Shown here piece by piece: positions 15,862 through 26,592 of a DNA stretch of 64,000 bases. The notes under the pieces were generated by a model. That model saw nothing but the letters and a program-made list of their open reading frames with translations. It searched no databases and had not been told where the DNA came from. This DNA is from a virus (taxonomy: Duplodnaviria; Caudoviricetes). Within the stretch, counting starts at the first letter, position 1. Each line of letters opens with the position of its first letter. Both the position numbers and the translations under genes were made by a program. The stretch spans positions 4,944-68,943 of IMG/VR virus record IMGVR_UViG_3300023073_000003; one strand, 5' to 3'.

Positions 15862-18828
15862 ATGGATATGTTCGAGTTTTTGAGTGCCGTCCAGCCTGAG
15901 AAGGGCTGGACGGCGATTGTCGGCATTCGCGACGGCGTCGTCCATCAGACGCTGGTCAACACCCCCCTCGCCATCGAACAGACCGTCACCCGCATGCTGG
16001 CGCAGGGCCGCGACGTCTACTTCGGCGTCGCCAAGTTCAAGGACCGCAAGCCCCCGAACAACGGCAGGCCGCGTGGCAAGGACAATGTGCTGGCGCTGCG
16101 GTCGTTCTGGATGGACATCGACGTCGGACCCGGCAAGCCGCATGCCGACAAAGCCGAGGCGCTGCGGCTGATCCGCACCTTCTCCGAAGAGACCGGGCTC
16201 GAACGCCCGATCATCGTCGACAGCGGACGCGGCCTGCACGTCTACTGGCCGCTCAGCGAGGACGTCTCGCGCGAGGATTGGGAGCCGGTCGCGCTCGCGC
16301 TGCGCAACAAGGCCAACGAGTTCGGCCTGCGTCCCGACCCGACCTGCTTCGAGGTGGCGCGCATCCTGCGCGTGCCGGGCACCGAGAACCGCAAGGGCGA
16401 CGACGCGCTCCCGGTCCACATCATTCTTACACACGGTAAGGTCAGCAGCTACCACGCCTTCATGCTGCTGATCGGCACCGCGCAGGTGCCGGTGTCCAAG
16501 GCCACCAGCCGGCCCAAGTCCAAGGGCAACAACTCGATCTTCCCTACGGCGGCGAAACGCGGCGCGAGCCAGAGCGCGATGACGCAGGCGCTCGCCACCA
16601 GCGCCAAGACCGAGAGCTTCAAGCACATCATGATGCGCGCCAGCGCTGGCGAGGCCATGGGCTGCGCGCAGCTGGTCGCCTGCTACCGCGAGCGCGCGAC
16701 GCTCAGCGAGCCGCGCTGGTGGGGCGCGCTGTCAGTGGCGCAGAAGTGCGTCGACCGCGATAAAGCGATCCACATGCTCTCTCAGGGGCATCCGTTCTAT
16801 GATCCGGCCGACACCGAGGCCAAGGCCACGCGCACGGCTGGCCCGCAAAGCTGCGCGACGTTCGAGGCGAATAACCCCGGCGGCTGCAAGGGTTGCAAAT
16901 GGCTGGGCGCCATCACGTCGCCCATCGAGCTTGGGCACGAGCGCGCCGAGGACGAGCCGGACGAGCCCGAAGCGGAAGCCGAGGTCGAACTGATCCCGAC
17001 GACGGAGACCAAGACCGTCGCCGATTTCCAGAAGATGCGGCTGCATAAAGACTATGATCTGGACGACGACGGCATCATCCGCACCAAGGTCGATGACAAG
17101 GGCAAGCGCGCCATCGTGGTGCCGTTCCCGCTCTTGATCAAGAAGCACCTGCGCGACCCCGATGGCATACACCACATGGTGTTCTGGATGCTCAAGCCGA
17201 AAGAGGGCTTCACCATCTTCACCATCCCCGCCGCCAAGGTGAGCTCGGGGCGCGACCTCAGTTCGGCGCTCTCGGCCGCCGGCGTCTTCACGCACGGCGA
17301 TGTGCAGGCCACGCTGCTGCGCAAGTATATTCAGGTCTCCAACGCACGCCTGCAGCAACGGCAGAAGGTAGGGCAAATGCGTACGCAATTCGGCTGGGCC
17401 GATAACATGACCAAGTTCGTCGTCGGCCATCACGAGTATAGCGAGGCGGGACGCTTCCCCGCCGACCTGTCGGACGGCCTGCGCGTGCTCGCCGATAAGA
17501 TGGTGCCGAGGGGCACGTTCGAGAAATGGAAGGAGGTCATGGACCTCTATGGCGAGCCCGGCATGGAGCCGAACGCCTTCGCGGCCGCGACCGGCTTCGG
17601 CGCGCCGCTGCTCAAGCTGACCGGCCTCGACGGCGCGCTGATCAACCTGATCCACCCCGACAGCGGCACCGGCAAGACGACGGCGCTGCGCATGGCGAAC
17701 AGCATCTGGGGGCACCCGCAGGAGTTGCTGAGTGTCAAGAACGACTCGCTGGTCACGCGCATGCTGAAGCTCGGCTACCACTGCAACCTGCCGTTCTGCG
17801 TCGATGAAATGACCAATGCCGAACCCGAGGTGATCAGCGAGCTCAGCTACGCAATCACGCAGGGCGTCGGCAAGGACCGCATGAAGGCCGCGAGCAACGA
17901 GCTCCGCGCCAACACGACGCGCTGGCAGACGATGGCACTGTGCTCGTCGAACCGCTCGTTCTACGACAAGCTGGAGAGCCTCAAGGCCGCGCCCGAGGGC
18001 GAGCGCATGCGCATCCTCGAATATGAGATCGTACCCAGCCTGCTGTTCTCCACCCAATTTGCTGGGGATATGTTCGACAAGCAGCTGGTTGCGAACTATG
18101 GCCATGTCGGGCCGCTCTATGCCGCGTGGCTGGTCAAGAACCGCGCCTTCGCGCTGCAGAAGTTCAACGCGATCCGCGACCGCATCGACCGTGAGCTCAA
18201 CCTGCACCCGAGCGAGCGCTTCTGGTCGCTGGCCGTGGCGGCGAACCTGACCGGCATCTCGATTGCCATCGCCATGCGCTGGGTCGACTGGGATTATAAG
18301 GCAATCCGCGCGTGGGCCTATGGACTGATCGAGGAACTGCGCGCGGGGCGCAAGCAGGCGCCGGTGCGTGGCACGGACAATTATCTCGGCGACTTCATCA
18401 ACCTCAACCTGCACCATCTGCTGATCATCAACACGGGTGTCGACCGCCGCAGCCAGAAGCCCTCGAAGAATGCGCCACCGCAAATGGGCGCCATGCACGA
18501 AGCAGCCAAGCTGACCCCCAAGCTCGACCTGCGCATGCGCTACGAGCCCGACCAGCAGAAGCTCTACATCACCGTCGACGCATTCAAGAAATACTGCCAG
18601 CTGCGTCAGGTCGACTACACCCATGCCGTCAAGGAGATGGAGAAGTCGGGGCTGTGCACGCGCCCGAAAAAGCCCAAGTACATGACCAAGGGTATGGGCG
18701 ACGGCGTCAGCGCGCTCGGCGGGCAGGCGCGGGTGCTGGAGATCGACACCACGCACGCCAGCATGGTCGACATGGACAGCATCGACGTCGATGTGATCAA
18801 GGCGGAGGTGCCGGCCTTTGCTGATTGA
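15862..18828 (+). CDS. primase-helicase: AEP/RepB-like primase plus DUF927-like and SF3-type helicase domains
   Basis: SFWMDID, VDSGRGLHVYW, ILRVPGT; CQSCATF-type Cys cluster; Walker A SGTGKTT, Walker B FCVDE. Confidence 0.9.
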   Translation: MDMFEFLSAVQPEKGWTAIVGIRDGVVHQTLVNTPLAIEQTVTRMLAQGRDVYFGVAKFKDRKPPNNGRPRGKDNVLALRSFWMDIDVGPGKPHADKAEALRLIRTFSEETGLERPIIVDSGRGLHVYWPLSEDVSREDWEPVALALRNKANEFGLRPDPTCFEVARILRVPGTENRKGDDALPVHIILTHGKVSSYHAFMLLIGTAQVPVSKATSRPKSKGNNSIFPTAAKRGASQSAMTQALATSAKTESFKHIMMRASAGEAMGCAQLVACYRERATLSEPRWWGALSVAQKCVDRDKAIHMLSQGHPFYDPADTEAKATRTAGPQSCATFEANNPGGCKGCKWLGAITSPIELGHERAEDEPDEPEAEAEVELIPTTETKTVADFQKMRLHKDYDLDDDGIIRTKVDDKGKRAIVVPFPLLIKKHLRDPDGIHHMVFWMLKPKEGFTIFTIPAAKVSSGRDLSSALSAAGVFTHGDVQATLLRKYIQVSNARLQQRQKVGQMRTQFGWADNMTKFVVGHHEYSEAGRFPADLSDGLRVLADKMVPRGTFEKWKEVMDLYGEPGMEPNAFAAATGFGAPLLKLTGLDGALINLIHPDSGTGKTTALRMANSIWGHPQELLSVKNDSLVTRMLKLGYHCNLPFCVDEMTNAEPEVISELSYAITQGVGKDRMKAASNELRANTTRWQTMALCSSNRSFYDKLESLKAAPEGERMRILEYEIVPSLLFSTQFAGDMFDKQLVANYGHVGPLYAAWLVKNRAFALQKFNAIRDRIDRELNLHPSERFWSLAVAANLTGISIAIAMRWVDWDYKAIRAWAYGLIEELRAGRKQAPVRGTDNYLGDFINLNLHHLLIINTGVDRRSQKPSKNAPPQMGAMHEAAKLTPKLDLRMRYEPDQQKLYITVDAFKKYCQLRQVDYTHAVKEMEKSGLCTRPKKPKYMTKGMGDGVSALGGQARVLEIDTTHASMVDMDSIDVDVIKAEVPAFAD

Positions 18829-19012
18829 AGGCGTCGATTACACCGTCGACTGGCGGCGGTTCCGCAAGGGGCAGTCGGTGTTCGTGCCGTGCCAGAACGG
18901 CAAGGAGGCTAAGGCCGCCGTGCGGCAGGAGATCGTCGGCAAGGGCGTCAAGGTCCTGATGTCGCACCGCGTCGAGGAAGGCATACGCGGCTTGCGCATA
19001 TGGCGCATCTGA
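18818..19012 (+). CDS. conserved small phage protein
   Basis: VDWRRF..GQSVFVPC...GLRIWR; usual partner downstream of such primases. Confidence 0.7.
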   Translation: MLIEGVDYTVDWRRFRKGQSVFVPCQNGKEAKAAVRQEIVGKGVKVLMSHRVEEGIRGLRIWRI

Positions 19013-19066
19013 TTATATGCCGAAGGCGAGATGGGTTGCTCCTTCTCGGTGTTGGTCATCGACTGG

Positions 19067-19100
19067 CTCCCCCGCCGTGCCACCGGCGGGGGAGTTTTTT
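19067..19100 (+). terminator. Rho-independent terminator at the convergence of the two arms
   Basis: perfect 11-bp stem CTCCCCCGCCG/CGGCGGGGGAG followed by T6. Confidence 0.9.
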
Positions 19101-22100
19101 ATTCCTCCTCGTCGGCGTACTCGGGTTCGCGCCTGCGCTGCTGACCCCCGCTATCGGCCTCCATGAAGATCAGCCATTCCTCCGGCGTCATCGACACGCC
19201 GTGCTCGCTCGTAGCCTGATCGAGGATGGTTGCCTGTAGCGAGCTTGCCAAATCCTCGGGCTCGATGGCGAGCTTTGAGATCGGCGCGCCGGGCACGCCA
19301 GCGATGCTCGCGGCCGATGCTTGATAGTCGTCGTAGCGCTTGACCCACGCCTCCATCGTATCGCTCGTGCTCTCCGGGCGCAGGATGATCCGCTTGAAGT
19401 CGTCGATGACCTTCTGCCGCGCATCCCCCGCGCGCTGCTGCCAGCCCTGCTTGGCACGATTAACATCACGCTGATCGGCCAGCCGGCTCGGCGTGAAACC
19501 CACCACCTGTCCGGCAAGTTCGCCCGGCGTGAAGTCCTCCATGATCTGCTTGCCGGTCACCGGCGAGCGCTCGCCCTCGCGCGCGAGACGCTTCGCGGTG
19601 AGCACGCCCCGGAACGCCGCCGGCACCAGCTTGGCGAAGCCCCGGTCAAAGTCGCCGCGCAGGAAGTCGTCGATGCTGGACACCATGTTCGACGAGCTCG
19701 ACAGGTGCGGCGACAGGTTGGCGTCGACCCAGTTGCGCACAGTCTCGGCCCATGTGTCACCCGACTTGGCGCCGCGCAGCCACAGCTGGTTCTGCGCCAG
19801 CCGGCTGCCGATGTCCCAGCCCGTCGCCTCCGACAGCGCGCCATGCTGAGCGATGCCCGTAGCCGCACCAAAATGCTGGGGTATCCACTCGTGGCGGAAA
19901 CGGTAATCGGCATCATCGGCACCCAGCGGGTCCTCGCGGCGGCGGCGGTCGTTTTCCTCTTTCGAGAAGAGGAACGGGTAGATCAGGTTGATCGCCTGCG
20001 TGACGAACGTGTAGCCGAACACGGAACCCAGCCCCGCGCCCGCCGCCTGAAACAACATGACGCTGGCAAGCTCGCCGAACAGCTGCTTGCGCGTCGCATA
20101 GGGTGAGCCGGCCGCCAGCGCGCGCACCGTCTGCCAGTAATATTTCTGGCGCTGCATCGAGTAGTTGCGCAGGAAGCCCAGCGCGCGCTTGCCCGCCGAT
20201 CCACGGAAGATGTCCGGGCGCTCCAGCGGGGTGAAGTTGCCCACCGTCTGCTCGGTGTCACGGACCGCCGACGCGACCGCGCCCGCGAACGCCTCCTCGT
20301 CGTTCTTCCCCTGCTTCTTCAGCTTCTCATATTCGAGTTCGGCGAAGGCCATGCCGGACGCCTCGCGCGCCAGCTGGTCGGCAGCCGTGAACGGTGCCGC
20401 CATGAGGTTGGCGACCTTACTCAGCATGTGCGTGGGGCCGCCCTCGCGCAGCCCCGACAGAGGGCCGAACGTCGTCTTCCACGACTGCAGCAAGCTGTCG
20501 GTCTGCTTATGCGAGAACAGGTCGCGCTTGTCGTTGAGCTCGGCCCAGAACCGGCGCCGCAGCGGGTTCTTCTTGACGTGGTCCGTGTTGCCCATCGACG
20601 GCGAGCGCAGCCACTTCTCGCCCGTCACCGGGTCGACCTCGATGAACGCCTTGATCGCGCCGGACCTCGGGAGCGACTGCGCCATCAGCCGTAGGACGTG
20701 CCCGGTATTGTAGCGCATCATCATGCGCGGCAGCACTTGGAACGGCAGCACCAGCGGCTGCACCACCGCCGACGCCATCGACGTCATCAGCGACGTGAAG
20801 GTCACCGCGCTGAGGATGCGCTCGCCCGTGCTCTGCTGCTGGACCTCCTCGGTCTCGCGCAGCCGGCGGACATAGTCGCGCGCCAGCATGTGCGCGTTGG
20901 CGTCCTTGGTCTGGTCGGCCGACTTGATCACCGTCGCCAGCGTCTCGATCTGGCGGTCGATCTGCTTGCCGTAGACCATCTTCGGCAGCGTGTTGGCGTA
21001 CTGCTGCGCGGTCGCGCGGAACACCAGCAGCGGGTCGGCGCTGTGGCCGGGCACGAACTCGGCGTGGATCAACTGCTTGCGGATTGAGCGCTCTGGCAAC
21101 GTCAGCAGGTACGACTGCCACATCACATCCTTGAGGCGATTGCGGAAGGCAGCGATCTCCTGCGGGCTGTCGCCGGTGATCGGGATGTTGTCGATCTTGG
21201 CGTTCAAATCATTGATCAGCTTGCCGTTCGACGAGATGCTATTGCGGATGTCGTCGAGCCCGTTGAGATGCTCGAAGCGGTCGGTGATCTCCGCCTCGGT
21301 CATGCCAGCCTTGCGCGCCTCGGCCTTCTTCGCCAGCGAGAATGCGTCACGCTTCGACGGCGTGTCGAAATGATAGCGCTCGCGGACGCTGTCGGGCTTC
21401 TTCGACCCCTTGATGATCAGCGCATAATCGCCGAAGCGCCGGAACGGGAAATACTCGGTCGGCAGTTCGTCGGTGCGCATCGACGGGTATTCCTCGTCGA
21501 ACTCGCTCTCGCCCTTGCCGTCGAGACCCTTCTTGAGCTTGGCTTTCTCGGCATCGCTGATGTCCAGCATGTCGATGATCGAGTGCTGCGTCGTCTGCAG
21601 CACCGCGTACATCTCCTTGTAGAACTGGCGCACCTTCACGTACTGCTCTTGCGCGCCCGGGAACTTGCCCAGCGCGTCCCACGCATCCCACACCGCGTTG
21701 ATCTTGTCGGTGCGGCGCTTCAGCACCCCCGTGGCCACGCCCTTGGTCGTGTACTTCGGGTCGGCCAGCTTGGCGGCGTAGCGCTTCATGACGGGGTCGT
21801 TGACCAGCGCGTCCGCGCGCGACGTGAAGTCGTGCACGCTATGGCGGTTGATGCGGGCAGTGGTGGTCATCGCGTGAAAGGCTTTCATGCCCTGCACGCC
21901 GATCTTGTTCTTGACCTTCTGGAACGCTGCGACCTTGCGGCTCATCGCCTTGCGCATCTGCGTCGCCATCGCGCGCTGCTTCTCGTGCAAGACTGTGATG
22001 CGGTCGAGCACCGCGCCGGCAGGCTTCGACAGCCGGCGCACCATCTCCTTGATCTCGGAGGTCGTCGTGAACGGCACGCGCGCCTGATATTGCCGGGTCG

Positions 22101-25100
22101 TGAAGCCGCTCACGCGCGCCTTGTTCATGTCGCTGCCTAGGTCGATCCAGCCCTTGGCTGCGCCCGTGAACCCCTGCCGGAACTCCTCGGCGTCGCTCGC
22201 CTGTTGCGCGCGCTGCGTGCCACGATTGATCTGCTGCACCGCTGTAGCTACGTCACCCGGCGCCGCGTCATTCGCCTCCTTCAGCAGTTCCGCCGGCGCG
22301 TTGATGAGCTTGGTGCCGGCACCCATCACGCGGTCGAGGATCGGATCGAGGTCGCTGCTGGCGCCCACGAACTTGCGCACCGCCGCGACGACACGGCGCC
22401 ACAGCGAATGCGGGCCGATCTTCTCCTTGGTGAGATACGCACGCATGCGCGGATCGGTGAACGTCCACGTCAGCAGTTCGTCCGCGTCGGCGAAGGCGTT
22501 GTTCTTACCGTCGACGAACTCCTGTTCGAGCTCGGTCAGCGGCGCGCCGCGCGCGATCTTGGCCTGCACATGCGCAGCCACATCCTCGAACGCGCGGATC
22601 AGCGCGCGGGCGTTGCGCGCCAGCGGCGTGCCGCGCGCGCCGCCGTTGCGGATATGGTGGATACCCCCCGACGTAACTGCGTGCAGCAACTCGTGCAGCA
22701 GCAGCCCGTGCGCCATGCCGGAGCGGCCGGTGACGTCGGCGCCGTGCAGGAACAGCCGGATCGGCGCGCCGCCCAGCGGCGCGTGCACGAGCCCGCGCGA
22801 CTGCGCCAGCAGGTCGTGGATCGCCAGCGGTGCGCCCTTGGGGAGCTCGTTCTCGCCCAGCACCTTGAAGTCGAACTTGATGCCGGCCTGCTCCATCCGC
22901 GCGAGTTGTCGGTACAGGCTCTCGGCGAGCACCCGCGTGGCCTCGTCGGGCGCGTTGTCGGCGGCCCAGCGCGCGGCCTGCCGCATGGTCTTGCCCTGCA
23001 GCGCCTCCTGCATCTTCGCGCCGAACGCGGGGTCCGGGTCCTCCGTGCTCTGGCTCGCGGTCGCGCGCCCCGCGCCGCGCGCGGCGAGCATCTCATCCAT
23101 CACATCGCGAACCCGCGCGACGCGCGCCGTCAGCGCACGCTGATACGCCGTCTCGGCCTTCTTGACCTCGGCCTGCACGGCAGCCTTCGCCTCGGCACCC
23201 TTGGTGCTGTTGGCCTTCTCGTAGGCAGCGTTGAGGTTGCGCTGCGCGAGTTCCTGCTCCTCCAGCGCGGTGCGTACGTCGCCGGTGAACTTGGCGCGGT
23301 CCTCCTTGGTCTCCGGCGTGCGCAGCAACTCGTGCAGCCGCCGCACCTCGCCAGCTTCGAGCTTGCGGTTCGTGCGGTGGGCCGCGATCTCCGTGCCCAA
23401 CTCCTGCTGCGCCAGCATGCCGGCGGCGGTGGCCTTCTTCTTGGCACCCATCGCCTTGCCCTGTGAACCCTTGTTCACGGCCTTGGGCTTCTCGGGCTCC
23501 TCCTCGGGCGGCGCCGTGGTCTCGACGTCGCCAACTTTCTTCCCCGCAGCAGCCTCAGCCTCGGCCGCGTCGAACGCCGCCTTGTCCGCGTCCCGCATCC
23601 TGCGCATGGCGCTGGCCTGCTCGGTGTGCGCAGCGACGTTGACCACCGCGCGCTCGCGCTTGGCCTCCCGCTCCACCTTGGCCTTCTCCACCTTGGCGGC
23701 ATGCCTCTGCGCGGCGGTCTGCGACTGCTCGGCGATCCGCGCGCGCTCCTGCTCGATAGGCTCACCACCGAACTGCAGGCGATAGTCGACGTCCTTGATA
23801 CCCTGCGTGACGCGCACGACGCCGACGTGCTCGCCATTGTCGAGCGCCATCATGCTCGCACGGTCACCCTCGCCGAACCCCACGACCTGATGCGGGACAC
23901 CGTTGATGCGGAGCACGACCTGCTCGGCGGGCTCCCCGCCGAGTGCCCGCGCCACCTCCTGACGCACCTGACTGTTCGCCGCCGCGCGCTCGGGCGTGGT
24001 CTTGGCGTTGAAGTCCTTGGGCTTGATCTCCAGCCGCGCCTCGGGGACCGGCGGCGCTTCCTCGACGGGCGCTTCCTCCTCGACCGGGGCTGCTTCCTCC
24101 TCGATCTTACCAGCAGTAAGGGGTGGCTCAGCCGCCTCCGCGAGCGCCGCCTGCATCACTTCGGGGTTGGGCTCGGATGGCGCCAATTCCGGCGCCTCGG
24201 CCTGCACAGGCGCTGCCTCGGGCTCGGAGGGTAGTTCGGTGACCTCCGGCGCTGCAGGGGCCTCCTGAGGCTCCTCAGCCGTTTCGGTGTACTCGACAGT
24301 ATGCGTCTTGCCTGCGGACGGGAAGGCGACCTTGCTGACGTTCAGCTTCACCTTCGGGTTCGCGAACTTGATCGTGCCGTTGTCGGCGATGTCCAGCACA
24401 TCATGCAGCTTGCCGCCCACCTCGATGCGCAGGGTGCCGCCGATCAGGGCGCCCTGAAGTTCTCCAAGCACACCCTCCTTGTCGGCATGCCCTTCCTGCG
24501 TGCTGGGATACAGCTTCATGAGATCGGCATGCGTCAGCACCTGCGGCGCGGGCGCGGCGGGCTCGGGCAGGGGCTCCGGTGCTGGCGTCGGCTCGGGCTC
24601 GGGTACGGCAGCAGCCTTGCGGGCGCGCGGCGGCTTGGCTGGTACGGGCGCAGCGACAGGCGTCGGCTCGACTTCGGGCAGCGCCTGCTGTGATAGCACC
24701 TCCGCGACGCTAGGCTCTCCCTCGACGACATTCGGGGAGGGGGTGCGTGCCTCTGGCGCCGGGGCAGCGGCGATGGGCTCCAGCGGCGGGGGGACCTCGG
24801 CAACCGGCGGTGCTTCCAGCATCTCGGCGGCGACCGGGGCGACTGGCTTCTGCTTGCCGCGCTTCTTGACCACGGGCTGCTCGACAGGCGCTTCCTGCTC
24901 CTGCTGCGTGATCGGCGGCGGGGGTGCTTCCTTGAGCCGCGCGCCGGCCTGCACGCCGTGGCGCTGGAGGAACTTGTCCAATGTCGAACCGGCCTCGAAC
25001 GTGCCGGCCGCGCTCTGGCGCTCGTACTCGGCATTGGCCGCGTCGATGGCCTCGACGGGCACGGCGCCCACCTTCTTGCGCATGTTCGCCTTGACGAGCG

Positions 25101-26589
25101 CGGAGGCCGTCTCGGGCGTCGACATGACATGCGGCGCGACCGGCGGCCCGCCCGTCACTGTCGCCGGGTTGGTGAGAGGCCCGTTAATACCGGGGGCTTG
25201 CCCCGGGTCGGGCTGGACCGTCTGCGCGGTCGGCGGCGCCTCACCTGTCGTATAGGTCGGTGGCGCGGCGGCCTGCGTGCCACCAGTCATCTGCATGATG
25301 GCGTTGCGCGCGGTGTCCTGATCGAACCCGTGCGCCTGCGCGAACGCCGTGACCTTCTCCTCGAACTCCGGCCCCTGCAGCGGCTGGTCACCCGCGACGT
25401 GCGCGGTCATAGCGTCGGCAGCCTTCTGGCGCTCGATCTCGGCGTTGCGCGCTTCGACGAGCGGCGCGAGCGTAGCAGCAAGCGGCTCGTGCGGCTCCTC
25501 GCCCTCGGCCGGCGCCGGGCGGCGCTTCTCCAGTTCTTCGAGCGTCGTGCGGAACGGCTGACCACTGGGGGCGCGCGCGATGACCTCGCCCTTTTCGGTC
25601 GGCGCGCTGAGGATGTCGAACGGCTGGACGACGGTCTCGCCCTTGATCTTGCGCTCGACCTCGACGGTATGCAGCGCCGGCGCCTCGCCGAACTGCTTGC
25701 GCGCGCCAGCAGCACTGTATGCTGTAGCGCCGTGCGCGACCGTGCCGAACACGCCACCACCCAGAATACCTGCGAGACCTGCCTCAGCCGACTCCATCAG
25801 CGACTGCTTGGTCAGCGGATTGGTGTGCCCAGCGCCTTGCTCGATGACGTTCTGGAGAACCTCGGTGACGCCCTCCTCGGCGCCGGTCTTGGCGATGTGC
25901 TTGAGCGCCGCGCCCATGCCCTTCTCAAAAATCTCGAACGCCGCATGCTTGCCCAAGCCGGCTGCCTGCCCGCCCAGACCCGTGTACATATCGAACGCGG
26001 TGCTCGCCGCCGCGCCGGCAAGGGCCGTCAGCGGATCGTCGACACCCTGCGCCTTCTGGCGCTCCTTGATACCCGAATAGGACTGCGGGCCGCTGGCGAG
26101 CCCCATCACCGCCATTGCAGCGTAGGGGTTCTTGGTCAGTAGCGCCGTGCCGGCAGCCGCGACTGTTGCAGGCGCGCCCTCGGCGGCGGTCTCGGCGATG
26201 GATGCCAGCCCGCCCATGAAGCCTTGGGAGTGCGCCCAGTCGGGCGTGGCACGCTGGCCTGCCCAGTCGGTGATGCCCTTGTCCGCACCGCGCAGCGCCT
26301 CGGCGGCGGGCGCGACCATCTTCTTGGCTTCCTCGGCGCTGTAGCCGACGAGCCTCGGTGCATCCTCCAGCGGGGTCGCCAGCCCGCCGATGATGTGTCC
26401 GACACCGCGCGTGAACGCACTGCCGAGAATGGCCGGCATGCTGCGCTCGGCTGGCGCAGCTTCGCGCGGCTGGAGCAGCTGCTTGGTGTCGTAACCACCA
26501 GCATGCAGGCGCTCCAGCAAGTCTTCCTTCGTCGTGCCAGCCGGCACGTTGTGGACGACAAAGCCGCTAGGCATTGTGACGTCGGGCAT
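19099..26589 (-). CDS. large internal virion/ejection protein (polyvalent-type, with a zincin-like HExxH motif)
   Basis: 2496 aa, last gene of the virion operon; LLHELLHAV motif; acidic Pro/Glu linker; helical C-terminal region. Confidence 0.8.
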   Translation of the reverse strand: MPDVTMPSGFVVHNVPAGTTKEDLLERLHAGGYDTKQLLQPREAAPAERSMPAILGSAFTRGVGHIIGGLATPLEDAPRLVGYSAEEAKKMVAPAAEALRGADKGITDWAGQRATPDWAHSQGFMGGLASIAETAAEGAPATVAAAGTALLTKNPYAAMAVMGLASGPQSYSGIKERQKAQGVDDPLTALAGAAASTAFDMYTGLGGQAAGLGKHAAFEIFEKGMGAALKHIAKTGAEEGVTEVLQNVIEQGAGHTNPLTKQSLMESAEAGLAGILGGGVFGTVAHGATAYSAAGARKQFGEAPALHTVEVERKIKGETVVQPFDILSAPTEKGEVIARAPSGQPFRTTLEELEKRRPAPAEGEEPHEPLAATLAPLVEARNAEIERQKAADAMTAHVAGDQPLQGPEFEEKVTAFAQAHGFDQDTARNAIMQMTGGTQAAAPPTYTTGEAPPTAQTVQPDPGQAPGINGPLTNPATVTGGPPVAPHVMSTPETASALVKANMRKKVGAVPVEAIDAANAEYERQSAAGTFEAGSTLDKFLQRHGVQAGARLKEAPPPPITQQEQEAPVEQPVVKKRGKQKPVAPVAAEMLEAPPVAEVPPPLEPIAAAPAPEARTPSPNVVEGEPSVAEVLSQQALPEVEPTPVAAPVPAKPPRARKAAAVPEPEPTPAPEPLPEPAAPAPQVLTHADLMKLYPSTQEGHADKEGVLGELQGALIGGTLRIEVGGKLHDVLDIADNGTIKFANPKVKLNVSKVAFPSAGKTHTVEYTETAEEPQEAPAAPEVTELPSEPEAAPVQAEAPELAPSEPNPEVMQAALAEAAEPPLTAGKIEEEAAPVEEEAPVEEAPPVPEARLEIKPKDFNAKTTPERAAANSQVRQEVARALGGEPAEQVVLRINGVPHQVVGFGEGDRASMMALDNGEHVGVVRVTQGIKDVDYRLQFGGEPIEQERARIAEQSQTAAQRHAAKVEKAKVEREAKRERAVVNVAAHTEQASAMRRMRDADKAAFDAAEAEAAAGKKVGDVETTAPPEEEPEKPKAVNKGSQGKAMGAKKKATAAGMLAQQELGTEIAAHRTNRKLEAGEVRRLHELLRTPETKEDRAKFTGDVRTALEEQELAQRNLNAAYEKANSTKGAEAKAAVQAEVKKAETAYQRALTARVARVRDVMDEMLAARGAGRATASQSTEDPDPAFGAKMQEALQGKTMRQAARWAADNAPDEATRVLAESLYRQLARMEQAGIKFDFKVLGENELPKGAPLAIHDLLAQSRGLVHAPLGGAPIRLFLHGADVTGRSGMAHGLLLHELLHAVTSGGIHHIRNGGARGTPLARNARALIRAFEDVAAHVQAKIARGAPLTELEQEFVDGKNNAFADADELLTWTFTDPRMRAYLTKEKIGPHSLWRRVVAAVRKFVGASSDLDPILDRVMGAGTKLINAPAELLKEANDAAPGDVATAVQQINRGTQRAQQASDAEEFRQGFTGAAKGWIDLGSDMNKARVSGFTTRQYQARVPFTTTSEIKEMVRRLSKPAGAVLDRITVLHEKQRAMATQMRKAMSRKVAAFQKVKNKIGVQGMKAFHAMTTTARINRHSVHDFTSRADALVNDPVMKRYAAKLADPKYTTKGVATGVLKRRTDKINAVWDAWDALGKFPGAQEQYVKVRQFYKEMYAVLQTTQHSIIDMLDISDAEKAKLKKGLDGKGESEFDEEYPSMRTDELPTEYFPFRRFGDYALIIKGSKKPDSVRERYHFDTPSKRDAFSLAKKAEARKAGMTEAEITDRFEHLNGLDDIRNSISSNGKLINDLNAKIDNIPITGDSPQEIAAFRNRLKDVMWQSYLLTLPERSIRKQLIHAEFVPGHSADPLLVFRATAQQYANTLPKMVYGKQIDRQIETLATVIKSADQTKDANAHMLARDYVRRLRETEEVQQQSTGERILSAVTFTSLMTSMASAVVQPLVLPFQVLPRMMMRYNTGHVLRLMAQSLPRSGAIKAFIEVDPVTGEKWLRSPSMGNTDHVKKNPLRRRFWAELNDKRDLFSHKQTDSLLQSWKTTFGPLSGLREGGPTHMLSKVANLMAAPFTAADQLAREASGMAFAELEYEKLKKQGKNDEEAFAGAVASAVRDTEQTVGNFTPLERPDIFRGSAGKRALGFLRNYSMQRQKYYWQTVRALAAGSPYATRKQLFGELASVMLFQAAGAGLGSVFGYTFVTQAINLIYPFLFSKEENDRRRREDPLGADDADYRFRHEWIPQHFGAATGIAQHGALSEATGWDIGSRLAQNQLWLRGAKSGDTWAETVRNWVDANLSPHLSSSSNMVSSIDDFLRGDFDRGFAKLVPAAFRGVLTAKRLAREGERSPVTGKQIMEDFTPGELAGQVVGFTPSRLADQRDVNRAKQGWQQRAGDARQKVIDDFKRIILRPESTSDTMEAWVKRYDDYQASAASIAGVPGAPISKLAIEPEDLASSLQATILDQATSEHGVSMTPEEWLIFMEADSGGQQRRREPEYADEEE

Positions 26590-26592
26590 GGC

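Noticed and set aside
19099-26589. Virion RNA polymerase (N4- or crAss-like)
   Set aside because: No DxDGD/DFDxD or T7-type catalytic motifs recognised by eye; a profile search would be needed to exclude it fully.
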